A DNA stretch of 63,588 nucleotides, the filler included, from Chiloscyllium plagiosum (taxonomy: Eukaryota): the NCBI RefSeq assembly GCF_004010195.1. It is 5 parts of one record of this genome, joined end to end, with 100 filler letters (N's around TTAATTAATTAA, not from the genome) between each part and the next. Parts side by side here need not be neighbours in the genome. Positions count along the whole stretch, not along the records: positions 27,641 to 56,071 come from NC_057713.1; positions 56,172 to 59,372 come from NC_057713.1; positions 59,473 to 63,588 come from NC_057713.1; 2 more parts are not named here. One strand, 5' to 3'. A program made the translations under genes and the position numbers. The notes under the pieces were generated by a model. It ran no database searches, was not told the DNA's origin, and was given only the letters and a program-made list of their open reading frames with translations. This document shows positions 50,628 through 63,588 of this stretch, piece by piece. Every line of letters starts with the position of its first letter. The first letter of the stretch is position 1.

Positions 50628-53019
50628 CTTCTCATCTCAGGAAGCAAAGAAACAAGCCTTTGCTGTATTGGTTGCAAGATGAAGTATATTATTTCTTAGA
50701 TTATAGAGACAAAAGTTGCATATAATACTCCAGCTGTGATTTCAACAAAACTCTATACAATACCTTACTATTTCACGCATTACTGGAAGCGACTGGTTTG
50801 ACTAGATAGCTGAAGTATGTATCATACTACTCCCTCCAGGGTCCAACAAATTTATTCTGGGAATTTTCTGAAAATAGTTAATAGTCTCTTTAATAGTGCT
50901 GTTGAGGTGTCCTTCTTGCTGCATCCTCCAATGTGGTGGACAGCACAACTCTCACTAGAAATGTACATGTGCACCATGGATACCAATTCAGTCCTCAAGT
51001 AGTAGAGCAAATACCTAAAAATTGTACGTTTCAAATCTAGATTTTGCTTTCAGTGTCTTATTTCACCATAGCTGAAACATTTTGATTCATTTTGTACGAA
51101 TATACTGAGAGGTTGATGCCCAGTAATCAGATCGAGCGCTGTTTCTAATAGACAAGGTAAACATTTTGATGGTTTAACTTTATGATTTAGATAGTGTTAT
51201 GCTGAGAACATATAAAGGAACCGCATATCAGAAACTTGCACTTTAATGTACTCCTTAGAATTATATGACTTTAAAAGTTAGAAATTCATTGATAAATAAG
51301 TGAGTGTGGTATTTTTTGCACGAATTATTAACGTCGAATAAAAGACAAGGATATTTTTACTGGTCTTCACAGGATTTGCTGTACCTTCAAGAATCACAAC
51401 TGAGGGTCATGTAATCTGTTAAAAATATTATTATAATATTTATTTGTCTGTTATACCAATGGAGACATTAATCTACTTATTTAAATGAGTTCATGTCTGT
51501 GCCAAAATGAATGTCTTTCCAGACAGGCGAAGGATTTGTCCCTGAGATGGGAAGAATTAAACAACTAAGTGCATTATAGTATGCAAAGTTAGTGTTCCAT
51601 AGGAAGGATATCAAAAATAATCCTGTGGTTCTGATATTGAGAAGCAATGAAGCATACATTTCAATCAATTATTGTTAACAAGAATTGTTCTGAAACGTGT
51701 CTGAATAAAGAAACAAATGCATTGGAAAACAGTACTTTGTTATCTATGTTAGTTTCAGCTGTGTATATAGAAACCATGTGATCTCAGACAAATATTTGCA
51801 CTTCCTATTTCATGCTGTGTTAACTATTTAGTAAAACAAGACTGACTATTGTCTACCATCTACTGATCATCGACACAAGCCAGAACTAAATGAAGTTTCA
51901 TAATCACAAAGGGAATTAAGAAAATCATGTTTATGTGCAGGGGTCGAGGGCGATAAATTACTCTTAAAATGTGTAAATCTCAGTCTCTGTGTATCTCTGC
52001 AATGCCTGGAAAGTAATGAGCAATGCCATTATAAAAACATTTACGTTCAATTTCTGTCTTCTCTCGAATTGAGGCATTAATTCATTTAAGACAAATACAT
52101 TAGTGCCTAATTTAAAGTGGTGGAAAGATGAATACTATATGATATAAGTGCATTAAACATTTGGACAATAACGTTACTCTAGATCAATTTCAGGTTTAGA
52201 ATTCTGACTCCATGTGAACGTTTCTCTTTGTTCAAAGTCTTTGTAAGTCTCTGCTCACCTTTGTGTAAATTTTGACTCACCCAGGATATTCGGACAGCAC
52301 CTTCTGTACATTGCTTTGGGGTAACTTTGCTTTTGGGCAATGGTGCAAAACTGATCAGCTTTGAAAGAACCAGGAAAAACATAAAACTGCGCGACTTCTG
52401 TTTATGGTCCTTTTGTCACTTTTTAAAATTTGTTCATTGGGAATGAGTGTTACTGGCTGAGCCAATATTTATTGCCCATTGTCCTAATTGCCCTGGAAAA
52501 GGATTGTAATCCTTAGGTACAGGAGACACCCAAAGTGTTGGAAGGAAAGGAGTTTGAGGATTTTAACCTAAGCAGTGGGCAATTTTTCCCTGCTTCCCAT
52601 TGACTCCAAATTTGCCAAGGCTCCTTGATTCCACACTGGGTCAAATGTAGCTTTTTTGCCAAAGGCTGTTACTGTCACTTCGCCTCAGCTCATTCAACCT
52701 TTTGTCCATGCTTGAACCGCAAGGCTGTAATGAGGTCAGAAACTGAGTGACCCTGGTAGAACCCAAATTGGGTATCTGTGAGCAGGTTATTGCTGATAAG
52801 GTGCTGCTCATTAGCACTGTTGATGATAACTTGCATCACTTTACTGACGACCAAGAGTAAACTGAATGGGCAGTAATTGGCCAGGATGCATTTGTTCTGC
52901 TTTTTTTTTTGTACAGGCAATTCTTTCAAATTGTCAGGTGGATGATACTGTTGTAGCTGTACTGGAACAGCTTTGCTCAGGATGAAGCAAGTCCTGGAGT
53001 GCAAGTCTTTCATATTATG

Positions 53020-53357
53020 GGGACAGCACGGTGGCTCAGTAGTTAGCACTGCTGCCTCACAGTGGCAGGGGCCCGGGTTTGTTTCCCACCTCGAGTGACT
53101 GTCTGTGTGGAGTTTGCACATTCTCCCCGTGTCTGCATGGGTTTCCTCTGGGTGCTCCAGTTTCCTTTCACAATCCAAAGATGTGAAGGTCAGGTGAATT
53201 GGCCTTGCTAAATTGTCCATAGTGTTAGGTGCATTAGTCAGGGGTAGATATAGGGTAAGGGAATGGATCTGGGTGGGTTACTCTTCGAGGGTCATTGTAG
53301 ACTTGTTGGGCCGAGGGCTTGTAGCCATACTGTAGGGAATCTAATCTAATCTAATCT
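53020..53357 (+). mobile_element. HE1-like V-SINE inserted into a minus-strand LINE remnant (~52420-53410)
   Basis: GGACAGCACGGTGGCTCAGTAGTTAGCACTGCTGCC head, (AATCT)n tail; host reads NYCPFSLLLVVSKVM...QFGF on the minus strand. Confidence 0.88.
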
Positions 53358-53414
53358 ACTATTGGCAAAATGTTGTCAGAGTATGCAGTATCCAGTGCCT
53401 TCAACTGTTTCTGA

Positions 53415-54960
53415 TGAACATATGAATAAGAAACAAGAGTAGACCATTTGATTCTTCAAGCCTGCTCCACCATTCAATAAGGTCGTGGTTGATCTGTTTT
53501 TAACCTCACTCTACATTCCTGCATATCTCCAATAATCTTTCATCCCCTTGGTTATCATGATTCTATTTACCTCTGCCCTAAAAATATTGAAAGATTCTGC
53601 ATTTACTGCCTTTTGAGAAGGTAATTCCATAGACACTCAACCCTATGAGAGGATGGGTCACCCATTTACTTTAGCTATGACCCCTAATTTTAGGTTCTCC
53701 CACAAGAGGAAACATCCTTCCAAAGCCATCCAGGCAAGTTCCCTTAGGATCTCATTTTGATAAGTCTCCTCTGACTCTTCTGAACCCTGGAGAATACAAG
53801 TCGAGCCTGTATAAACTTTACTCGTACTGCAATCCAAAACCAGACATTAGTCCAGAAAACATTCTCTGAAGTATTTCCAACGCATTAACATTCTCCCCTC
53901 ATACAATATTGCAGATATGGTGTCACTAGTGACCTGTATAACTGAAGCATAAAACCCCTTCTTTTACATTCAATTTCCTTTACAATAAATGATAACATTC
54001 TATTAGCTTTCCTATTTAATTGCTGCACATGCGTACTGACTATCTGCAATAAAACAAAGAACTGCGAATGCTGAATATCCAAATCAAAGTCAGAAATACC
54101 GAGAGAAACTCAACAGATCTGGCAGCACCTGTGGAGAGAAAACAGCTAACCGTTTGGCCACTGACTCTCTGTGATTCATGCATAAACACAGCCAGATATT
54201 TCTGCATCTAAGAGCTTTTCAAATTTTTCTCATTTAGGCAGTACACTTTTTTATTCTTTCTGCCAAAATTGACAATTTCATAATTTCACACATTTTTGCT
54301 CCACTTGTCCATTCACTTGATCTACCTATATCCCTATGTAAACTCCTTGTGCTCTCCACATAACTCACTTTTGAACTTATATTTGTGCGATCAGCAAACT
54401 TAGCCACCATACCTTTGTTCCTTTCACCTAAATCATGTATATAAATTGTAAAGAGTTGAAACCCTGGCACCAGTCCCCATGGCATGCCACTCCTGACATC
54501 CTGCCTGCTTGAAAAAGACACACTCACTCTCCTCTCTGCTTCCCATTGGCAATCAATATGTTACACCCCAACACCATATGCTTTAAGTTTTTACAATAAC
54601 TGTGAAATATTTTCTGGAAATCTAAAGATAATACATTCGCTGGTTCCCTTTTGTCTACTGCACAAATTACTTCTTCAAAGAACTCCCTTTGACAAAATCA
54701 TGTTGGCTCTGCCTGATTACCTTGCACTCAGTAAAGTGCCCTCATATAACAGCTTTAATAATAGTTGCTTCCATTTTCCCTATGACAGATGTTACGCTAA
54801 CTATCCTGTATTTTCCCGCTTTCTACTTCCGACCTTTTTTGAACAAACAATTTATATTGGCAATTTTCCAATTTAATGGAACATTCCCTTTATCGACTAA
54901 GTTTTGGAAAATTAAAACCAATGCATCAACTGTTTCACTCGCTCTTTCTTTTAATCTTGA
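53415..54960 (-). mobile_element. Decayed CR1-type LINE
   Basis: SGMPWGLVPGFQLFTIYIHDL, KFADRT, LQLYRSLVTPYLQYC. Confidence 0.8.
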
Positions 54961-54999
54961 AACACATAAAAGTGGACCAATCCCCACTTGGACCTGGAC

Positions 55000-55835
55000 C
55001 AGGACCTGATCAGGTGTACCCTCGGACTCTGTAGGAAGCTAGGGAAGTGATTGGTGGGCCCCTTGCAGAGTTATTTGTATCATAGATAGTCACAGGTGAG
55101 GTGCCGGAAGATTAGAAATTGGCTAACGTGGTGCTACTGTTTAAGAAGGGTGGTAAGGACAAGCCAGGGAACTAAAGACCAGTGAGCCTGATGTCGGTGG
55201 TGGGCAAGTTGTTGGAGGGAATCCTGACGGACAGGATGTACATGTATTTGAAAAGGCAAGGACTGATCAGGGATAGTCAACATGACTTTGTGCTTGGGAA
55301 ATCACATCTCACAAAATTGATTGAGTTTTTTGAATAAGTAACAAAGAGAATTGATGAGGGCAGAGCGGTGCACGTGATTGATATGGATTTCAGTAAGGCA
55401 TTCGACAAGGTTTCCCATGGGAGACTGGTTAGCAAGGTTAGATCTCACAGAATACAGGGAGAGCTAGCCATTTGGATACAGAACTGGCTCAAAGATAGAA
55501 GACAGAGGGTGGTGGTGGAGGGTTGTTTTTCAGACTGGAGGCCTGTGACCAATGGAGTGGCACAAGGATTGATGCTGGGTCCACTACTTTTCGTCATTTA
55601 TATAAATGTTTTGGATATGAGAATAAGAGGTATAGTTAGTAAGTTTGCAGATGACACTAAAATTGAAGGAAGGTGACCTCAGATTATGATGCGATCTTGA
55701 TCAGATGGGCCAAGGGGCTGAGAAGTGGCAGATGGAGTTTAATTTAGATAAATGCGAGGTGCTGCATTTTGGGAAAGCAAATCTTAGCAGGACTTATACA
55801 CTTAATGGTAAGGTCCTAGGATGTGTTGCTGAACA
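55000..55835 (+). mobile_element. CR1-type LINE RT fragment
   Basis: DMDFSKAFDKVSH, GVAQGLMLGPLLFVIYIN, SKFADDTK (ORF 55368-55676). Confidence 0.9.
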
Positions 55836-56071
55836 ATACATTGCTAGAATTTGTTGCTCATGTCCCTAAAGCAGATAGCAGTTAAGAGTCAACCCAATTG
55901 CTGTGGGACTGGAATCACACGTACACCAGACGAGGTAAGGATGACACATTTCCTAAGAGGTCAAAACAATGACTGCAGATGCTGGAAACCAGATTCTGGA
56001 TTAGTGGTGCTGGAAGAGCACAGCAATTCAGGCAGCATCCGAGGAGCAGGAGACTCAACGTTTCGAGAATA

Positions 56072-56171
56072 NNNNNNNNNNNNNNNNNNNNNNNNNNNNN
56101 NNNNNNNNNNNNNNNTTAATTAATTAANNNNNNNNNNNNNNNNNNNNNNNNNNNNNNNNNNNNNNNNNNNN
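56072..56171. other. Artificial contig-joining spacer
   Basis: N44-TTAATTAATTAA-N44. Confidence 0.95.
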
Positions 56172-56579
56172 CTGATGCTGCCTGCCTTGCTGTGTTCCTC
56201 TCCCTCCTGATACTGCCTGCCTTGCTGTGTTCTCCCAGCCTCCTGCCTGTCTATCTAAGATGACAATACCAAGAAAAAAAGTCTAAGTGATTTCAAGGTT
56301 TCTAATCTCGAAAAAGGGATAAATAGGAAATAATTTTCTACTGAAAACATTTTTTTCATTTCTGTTAATTAACACAAAAACCTAAGTCTTAATTTGGTAA
56401 AACCTGGAGATGTTAATTAATATTCTATTCAGAGTAGCATTGAATATGTCTACACAGCCTTAGTTAAGTAGAAAATAATCCTTCACCTGATTCAAAATTT
56501 GTATGAACTGTCTTTAATGAACTTTGGAAAAGGTTATCACATGAATTAGGTTAATGGCCAACACACAAAGCTTCTAGCT

Positions 56580-57590
56580 CGCACCTTCATCTTGGAAACC
56601 CCTGAATGACCCTGGTGGAGTTCAGCCAGTACCTGTGGGTGAGCTTAACTCAGGACAATCACTTTTGCTCCCCGCAGTAACATGCCATTCTCTGAAGTGA
56701 CCTGGTTTCACTGGGTCCAGAAAGGTTTCAATCCTAATTGTGATGGACCTTCAGTTTCCCACATTACCACCAGGTTTTCCCCCATTACCACCAGGCTTTC
56801 CCCCATTACCACCAGATGTTTTAGTTTCATTAGGATGGGATCTTCTTGTGTCCACAGTTGGATATTGTCAGTGGTGACCGGAAGGGTGTCCAGGAAGTTT
56901 ATAACCAGAACAGACTGTTCCAGGGGAGGCACTGGTGGAGTATCTGCCAGTGGGAGGCAGTTCAAGACATCCGCATTAACCACTTGGCCTCCTGGACAGT
57001 GTTCTAACATGTACTTGTACAAGCAGAGAATTATTCAACCAGAAGTTATGGGCAACACCACCTTGTCTTCCTTCAGTGGCCCCAGCAGGTGTTTGTGATC
57101 TATTACCATGATAAGTTTACGTCAACAAAGCTATTGGTGGAACTTCCTCACACCAAATATGATCACAAAACCTTCCTTCTCTCTGGGCATATTTGCATTT
57201 GGCATCAGCCAAAGTCCAGAAAGCATACTCTACTGGGTAATCCTGTCCATTGGGCCACTGTGAGCCAACATGATCCTGATAGCGTACAGGGGGGGCATCG
57301 CATGTCAGCACTACCTCTTGTTCCCACTGAAATAACTGTGTCCCTGAAATGGGGAGATTCTAAATCCCCTGGTTATATCGGTCAGCCCAGGTTAACAACC
57401 CCAATCAGGGACCTCATAATCAACCAGATCCACTAGGTTCCAATGACTACACACCCTCACTGTTGCTGCTTTGGACGATTGGATTCTGTTGCAATGTCTT
57501 CCTCAATCACATTGCCTACACACACTCTATGACAGGATCCAAACCAGAGTGCAAGCAATCAGAGTGCTGCCAGTATCATGCAACAATCTG
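56580..57590 (-). mobile_element. Decayed Gypsy-type LTR retrotransposon RNase H/integrase-linker remnant
   Basis: LTCDA, TLADAKCKYAQ, NADVLNCLPL motifs in minus-strand ORFs. Confidence 0.75.
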
Positions 57591-58083
57591 TCAGTGAGAA
57601 ATTCAATAATGTCTTCCTGGCAAAATAAATACAGAATACTTACTGCCTCAAGAATTATATTTTAAAAATTCCTAATACAAATAGAGGCTCCGATTTTGTT
57701 CAGGCAGGGCATCTTGCAATATATGGCATTACTTAAACTTATCCCCGAACCTTATAATTTGAATATATTTTGTGTCTTAAATTGCTGGGAGGGTGAACTA
57801 GTGATGAAAACTGTGTTTTAAACCTCATTGAAAAAGAATCCAGAAGTCAAGGATTAACATTAAAATACTGGGACAGGATTAAGAGACAGGATTGCATGAG
57901 TGTAACTCATTTTTTAATCAGTCTGTTCAGTGATGTTATTACATACACCTGGAGGAGATGAGTCTCAAACTCAGGCCCCCTGGCACAGAGACCATAAGAC
58001 AATAAGAAATAGGAACGGGGGAGGCCATTTGGCCCCTCGAGTCCGCTCTACCATTCAGTCAGATCATGCCTGATCCAACATAG

Positions 58084-59372
58084 GTAAAAACAAGGTCTGC
58101 AGATGCTGGAAACCAGATTCTGGATTAGAGTGTTGCTGGAAAAGCACAGCAGGTCAGGCAGCATCCGAGGAGCAGGAAAATCGACGTTTCGGGCAAAAGC
58201 CCTCCATCAGGAATACAGGGAGAGTGCCTGAAGAGTGGACAGATAAACGAGAGGTGGGTGGGGTTGGGGAGAAAGTAACATAGAGTACAATAGGTGAATG
58301 GGGGAGGGGATGGAGGTGATAGGTCAGGGAGGAGAGGGTGGAGTGGATAGGTGGAAAAGAAGATAGGCAGGTAGGACAGGTCATGGGGACAGTGCTGAGC
58401 TGGAAGTTTGGAACTAGGGTGAGATGGAGAAGGGGAAATGTGGAAACTGATGCCCTGGGGTTGAAGTGTTCCGAGGTGGAAGATGAGGCATTCATCCTCC
58501 AGGCGTCTGGTGGTGAGGGAGCGGCGGTGAAGGAGGCCCAGGACCTCCATGTCCTCGGCTGAGTGGGAGGGAGAGTTGAAATGTTGGGCCACAGTGCGGT
58601 GGGGTTGATTGGTGTGGGTATCCCAGAGGTGTGCCCTAAAGCGCTCTGCTAGAAGGCGTCCAGTCTCCCCAATGTAGAGGAGACCACATCGGGAGCAACG
58701 GATGCAATAAATGATATTGGTGGATGTGCAGGTAAGACTTTGATGGATGTGGAAGGCTCCTTTAGGTGACGGAGGAGGTATGGGCGCAGGTTTTGCAATC
58801 CCTGCGGTGGCAGGGGAAGGTGTCAGGATGGGAGGGTGGTTTGTAGGGGGCGTGGACCTGACCAGGTAGTCACGGAGGGAACGGTCTTTGCATAAGGTGG
58901 AAAGTGGGGGGGAGGGAAATATACCCCAGGTGGTGGGGCCCGTTTGGAGCTGGCCGAAATGTCATCGGATGATTTGGTTTATGAGAAGGTTGGTAGGGTG
59001 GAAGGTGAGCACCGGGGGGGGGGTCTGTCCTTGTTACGGTTGACGGGATGCATTGGAGAGCATCTTTAGCCACGTGGAACTGGTCCTCCTGGGAGCAGAT
59101 ACGGCAGAGGCGGAGGAATTGGGAATACGGGATGGCATATTTGCAGGAGGTAGGGTGGGACGAGATGTAATCCAGGTAGCTGTAGGAGTCAATGGGTTTG
59201 TAAAAATGTCGGTGTCAAGTCGGTCGTCATTAATGGAGATGGAGTGGTCCAGGAAGGGAGGGAGGTGTCAGAGATGGTCCAGGTAAATTTAAGGTCAGGG
59301 TGGAATGTATTGGTGAAGTTGATGAATTGCTCAACCTCCTCATGGGAGCACGAGGTGGCGCCAATGCAGTCA
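58084..59372 (-). mobile_element. Penelope-like element (3' pLTR, GIY-YIG, part of RT), cut by spacer
   Basis: AQHFNSPSHSAEDMEVLGLL...LGTLQPQG; aligns with 4069-5370; pLTR hammerhead at 58179-58214 reads CUGAUGG (core A9 mutated). Confidence 0.9.
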
Positions 59373-59472
59373 NNNNNNNNNNNNNNNNNNNNNNNNNNNN
59401 NNNNNNNNNNNNNNNNTTAATTAATTAANNNNNNNNNNNNNNNNNNNNNNNNNNNNNNNNNNNNNNNNNNNN
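59373..59472. other. Artificial contig-joining spacer
   Basis: N44-TTAATTAATTAA-N44. Confidence 0.95.
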
Positions 59473-59872
59473 TCCCTGTCCCCCTCACTGTCACCCATTT
59501 GTCTGCAATCTTTGGAGTTACTACTTCCCTAAAGCTCCGATCTATGACCCCCTCTGCCTCCCGAATAATCCTAAGTTCATCCAACTCCAGCTCCAGTTCC
59601 CTAACATGGTCTTGGAGGAGCTGGAGATGGGTGCACTTCTTCACCCAGAGAGTAGTGGCTGTGTGGAATGCTCTGCCCACTGGGCAGTGGAGGCCCAGTC
59701 TCTGGATTCATTTAAGAAAGAGTTGGATAGAGCTCTCAAGGATTGTGGAATCAAGGGTTATGGAGATGAGTCAGGAACAGGATACTGATTAAGGATGATC
59801 AGCCATGATCATATTGAATGGTGGTGCAGGCTCGAAGGACAGAATGGCCCACTCCTGCACCTATTGTCTACT
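59473..59872. mobile_element. CR1 ORF1 fragment (minus, 59473-~59638) abutting a CR1 3' tail (plus, ~59636-59872)
   Basis: First part nearly identical to ~27937-28099; second part FFTQRVVAVWNALP + 3' UTR. Confidence 0.82.
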
Positions 59873-60769
59873 GTCAGAGGGGACGAAGCATGAAGCAATC
59901 GTAGGTCAGAGATAAGGTTACAATATTCACTGATAAGCACAGCTTCCTCACTAGGAGTGTTTGATCAGAGAATTATTTTTTAGATCTCAAAGCACATTCC
60001 AATAAACCTTTTCATCTCAATGCTTTATGAAAATAAAATGACTTTGAACCTCAGTTGCTCATTTTAATAAAACCATGTATTAAACATGAGATACCTGTGC
60101 TCTGGGTCAGTAAAGGTATTAAAGGGTGAAATTACTTCCAGCACCTCCCTTGTGTAGTCACTTCCTCTGTCTCTATTTCCTGACGAGCTGTTAGAACTTT
60201 GATAAGACAACAAAAATTCCAGAGAAAGCATTATCTGTGTTCGTCTGAGATTTTCCAAAATCGTGGATAATGACCAGGAGAAAACCTGCAGAAATACTCG
60301 GAGGGTGAAAAGGTCTCTGATTCCAGCTTAACTAGGGCCACTTGATGCATGAAATGCTGATAGATGTAGGCTACTGTTTGTCACTGATTAACCTGCTGTC
60401 AGCCCAGACACAAAATGCCTGTGACTTTAATGTTTACATGCATATGTGAGCTCAGTTAGATCTTTCAATGCTATGTTACCCACATCTGGGTTTCTACAAG
60501 GGATAACACATCTGTAAAGATACCCTGCTGGGGCTAAAGGACACATTAGCATAATTCAGTACCCCCTAGCTTTGCGACTTCGTCCAGCCCAACAAATCTC
60601 TGAAATCTCTGTGCTCCTCTAATTCTACCCCCTCATGCATTCTACGTTTCACTATTAATGGCTCTCCCTTCAGCTGCCACAGTCATATGTTCTGGAATGC
60701 CCTCCCTAAACCTTTCCATCAGTGGTGCTGGATATAATACAATACAGTAGAATAAATACAATTCAAATT

Positions 60770-61000
60770 GTGCTCCGATTTCCTCCCACGGTCTAACAGT
60801 GTGCAGATTAGGTGAATTGGCCATGCTAAATTGCCCATAGTGTTCAGGCATGTTTAGGTTAGGTGCATTAGTCAGGGGAACTGTAGAGTAATAGTATAGG
60901 GGAATGAGTCTGGGTGGGATACTCGCCAGAGAGTCTGTGTGGACCTGTTGGGCCGAGTGGCCTGTTTCCACACTGTAGGGATTCTATGATTCTATGATTC
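60770..61000 (+). mobile_element. 5'-truncated HE1-like SINE
   Basis: GGTGAATTGGCCATGCTAAATTGCCC...GGCCTGTTTCCACACTGT (GATTCTAT)n. Confidence 0.82.
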
Positions 61001-61144
61001 AATAACTGGCACAGGAGCAGACCTTTCAGCCCTCAAAGCATGCACCAATTCCTGATCCTTATTTAACCTGTTTTTTATTGCCCTTATGCAGTTTCTATCC
61101 CTCTATTCTCCTCCCATTCATATATCTATCAAGATGCACCTTAA

Positions 61145-61712
61145 ACAGGACCTTGGTGAGGTCACACCCTGAGGACTGTGTGCAGTTTTGGTTTCCTAGT
61201 CTGAGGAAGGGTGTTCTTGCTCCTGAGGGAGTCCAGCGAGGGTTCACCAGACTGATCCCCGGGATGGCAGGACTGACAGACGAGGAAAAACTGAATCAAC
61301 TGGGCTTTACTCGCTGCAATTTAGGAGAATGAGGAGGGAATCCATGGAAACATGTAGAATCCTGATGAACTAGACAGGATAGATGGGGGAAGAATGTTCC
61401 CGGTGTTGGGGAGGTGCCGAACTAGGGGTTACAGTCTAAGAATAAAGGGGTAAACCATTCAGGACTGAGATGAGGAAGAATTTCTTCACTCGGAGAGTTG
61501 TGGACCTGTGGAAGTATCTCCCACAGGAAGCTGTTGGGGCCAGTCTGTTAGATATATCCAAGAGATGGCTGGATGTGGCCCTTTTGGCTAAAGGAATAAA
61601 GGGGTATGGGAGCGGGTGGGAATGGGATACTGAGACTGCATGATCAGCCATGATCGTATTGAATGGTGGCGCAGTGCCAAATGGCCTACTCCTGCACCTA
61701 TTGTCTATGTTT
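61145..61712 (+). mobile_element. CR1-type LINE 3' fragment
   Basis: RTLVRSHPEDCVQFWFP, EGVQRGFTRLIPGM, and 3' UTR. Confidence 0.85.
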
Positions 61713-63139
61713 CCTAGTCACATCCTTGCTTGACTTGGATAAACAATCCATATTTTCATTTCTGCTCATTCAAAATCTTAAAACTATCCATCCAACAATG
61801 GAAGTATTTTCAGTGACTGCAGTAGTTTGAAGAAAATGGCTCATCACCTGTTTCTACAGGATAAGTAGGAATGGGTAATAAATGCTGTTCACACCAGCTG
61901 AACCCACATTCCAAAGCCTAACACACTTCCAAAAAGTTCAATTTCCCCCGTGCAAGTGGGCTCTTTAAAGAAAATGAACCAGGTATACAATCTGTGAATC
62001 GGTTTTTCACTCAAATTATGTATAAACAATGTGAGGTAAAACATAATCTGCTACAAACTAAGTAGGAAACAAATGGCACTATAAGTTGTCTATACATTGC
62101 TCTATGCACTTTCCCTGCACATAGCTAAGAATAACAAAGACCTGGCAAAAGCACAAGGACAGGTGTCTAATAGATTACCACCAAATCAGAGAATGGATAG
62201 AATATGGGGAAGTTATTCAGCTCACTGTTTCCATGGTGGGTCTCCCCATGAAACCTCAGCTCGACCTATTCTCCTGCTCCTTCCCCAGAGCTTTCTAAGT
62301 GTTTTTTTTCCCCAGATGATCATTCAATTGCCTTTGGAAAGCCATGGTTGAAACTGTCTCCATTACACTCCAGATGCAAATTGTATGCTATGTAAAAAGA
62401 TTTTTCTTGTATCACTGCTAGTGGCTTTACCCTGCACCAATTAGAACAGTTGTTCTCTGTCCATCTGTCCTGACCCTTGTAGTTTTGAGCGCTTTGATCA
62501 AATCTCCCCTCATCATTCTCTTCTCTAAGAGAATTACTGCTTCGCCATCTATTCATATTGTCCTGAAACCTGGCTCTCAAACTTTTGTTTTTGCACACTC
62601 CCTGATGCTTTTACATCTTTCTGAAAGCTGGGATCCAAAATTGGATTTTTTAAAAAACTGTACCAGGAGATAGTAAGTTAAATCAACAGCGTGTGAGGCT
62701 GTACCAATGATTTGATAATTTGTCCAGGTGGACATGGTTATGATAACAAACTCAAAAAACTCGAAATGCAGATTAGCCTGCATCTGTAAATCTATTTTAA
62801 AAATCAGGACTGTGAAACCTGTCAGATAGGCAACTCTACCATTGGAACTGAAAAAGTAATGGGGCTGGGCTCAGGAAAAGGAAGAAACATAACATCAAAT
62901 GTAGACAAACAAGGTTTGGAAAGACTGCAAAGATGAAATCTGGTGGAAATTGTCTAAACAATGAATATCATAATGAATGGCAAAGAGATACACAGGAAAT
63001 GTTGGAACTAACTAACAGCCTCATCACAACCAAATGATAATTCTGAGTGCAGAACACCTTCCAATCTGCACAAAAGAATCCATATCTACAATAGCAACCA
63101 ATTCTCTCCTGCATATTTCCAGCATTTATTATAGGGTCA

Positions 63140-63392
63140 TAGAGATATAGAACATAGAACATAGAACATAGAAGAATACAGCGCAGTACAGGCCCTTGGG
63201 CCCTCGATGTTGCGCCGATCCAAGCCCACCTAAACTACACTAACCCACTATCCTCCATATACCTATCCAATGCCCTCTTAAATGCCCATAAAGAGGGAGA
63301 GTCCACCACTGTTACTGGCAGGGCATTCCATGAACTAACGACTCGCTGAGTGAAGAACCTACCCCTAACATCAGTCCTATATCTACCCCCCC
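63140..63392 (-). mobile_element. CR1-type LINE 3' end
   Basis: (ATAGAAC)n tail; near-identical to 45105-45345. Confidence 0.88.
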
Positions 63393-63588
63393 ATCTGTTT
63401 TTTTTTGTGCCAAAACGTGGCGAGCTGTCTCACAGACTCGTCAAGGAACAGCCTGACATAGTCATACTCACAGAGTAACCCCTTACAGATAATGGCCAGA
63501 CACCACCATCACCATCCCTAGATAGACAGTGTGATGATGGAAAAGCACAACAGGTCAGGCAGCATCCAAGGAGCAGGAGAATCGACGT

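Overview
Eukaryotic (elasmobranch/shark-like, inferred from HE1-type SINEs and their partner CR1 LINEs) genomic DNA that is almost entirely intronic and repeat-derived. It is a concatenation of five segments joined by artificial 100-nt spacers (N44-TTAATTAATTAA-N44). Three + strand coding exons of a CUB-and-Sushi-multiple-domain gene, best matching CSMD3, are present: 15217-15338 (N-half of a CUB domain, CUB3 by recollection of the human protein), 33865-34052 (C-half of CUB9) and 37489-37683 (Sushi 9). The rest is CR1 LINE fragments, Rex1/Babar LINEs, HE1/V-SINEs, decayed Gypsy-type LTR elements, solo-LTR-like sequences, a Tigger-like MITE and Penelope-like elements (PLEs). The most striking signal is a dense population of minimal type I hammerhead ribozyme motifs (CUGANGA-stem II-GAAAC-GUH, palindromic stem III). 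They sit in PLE pseudo-LTRs and in tiny non-coding, often palindromic, 100-220 nt mobile elements with 11-16 bp target-site duplications. One is a 189-bp near-perfect palindrome with two back-to-back intact hammerheads about 190 nt downstream of a CSMD3 exon.
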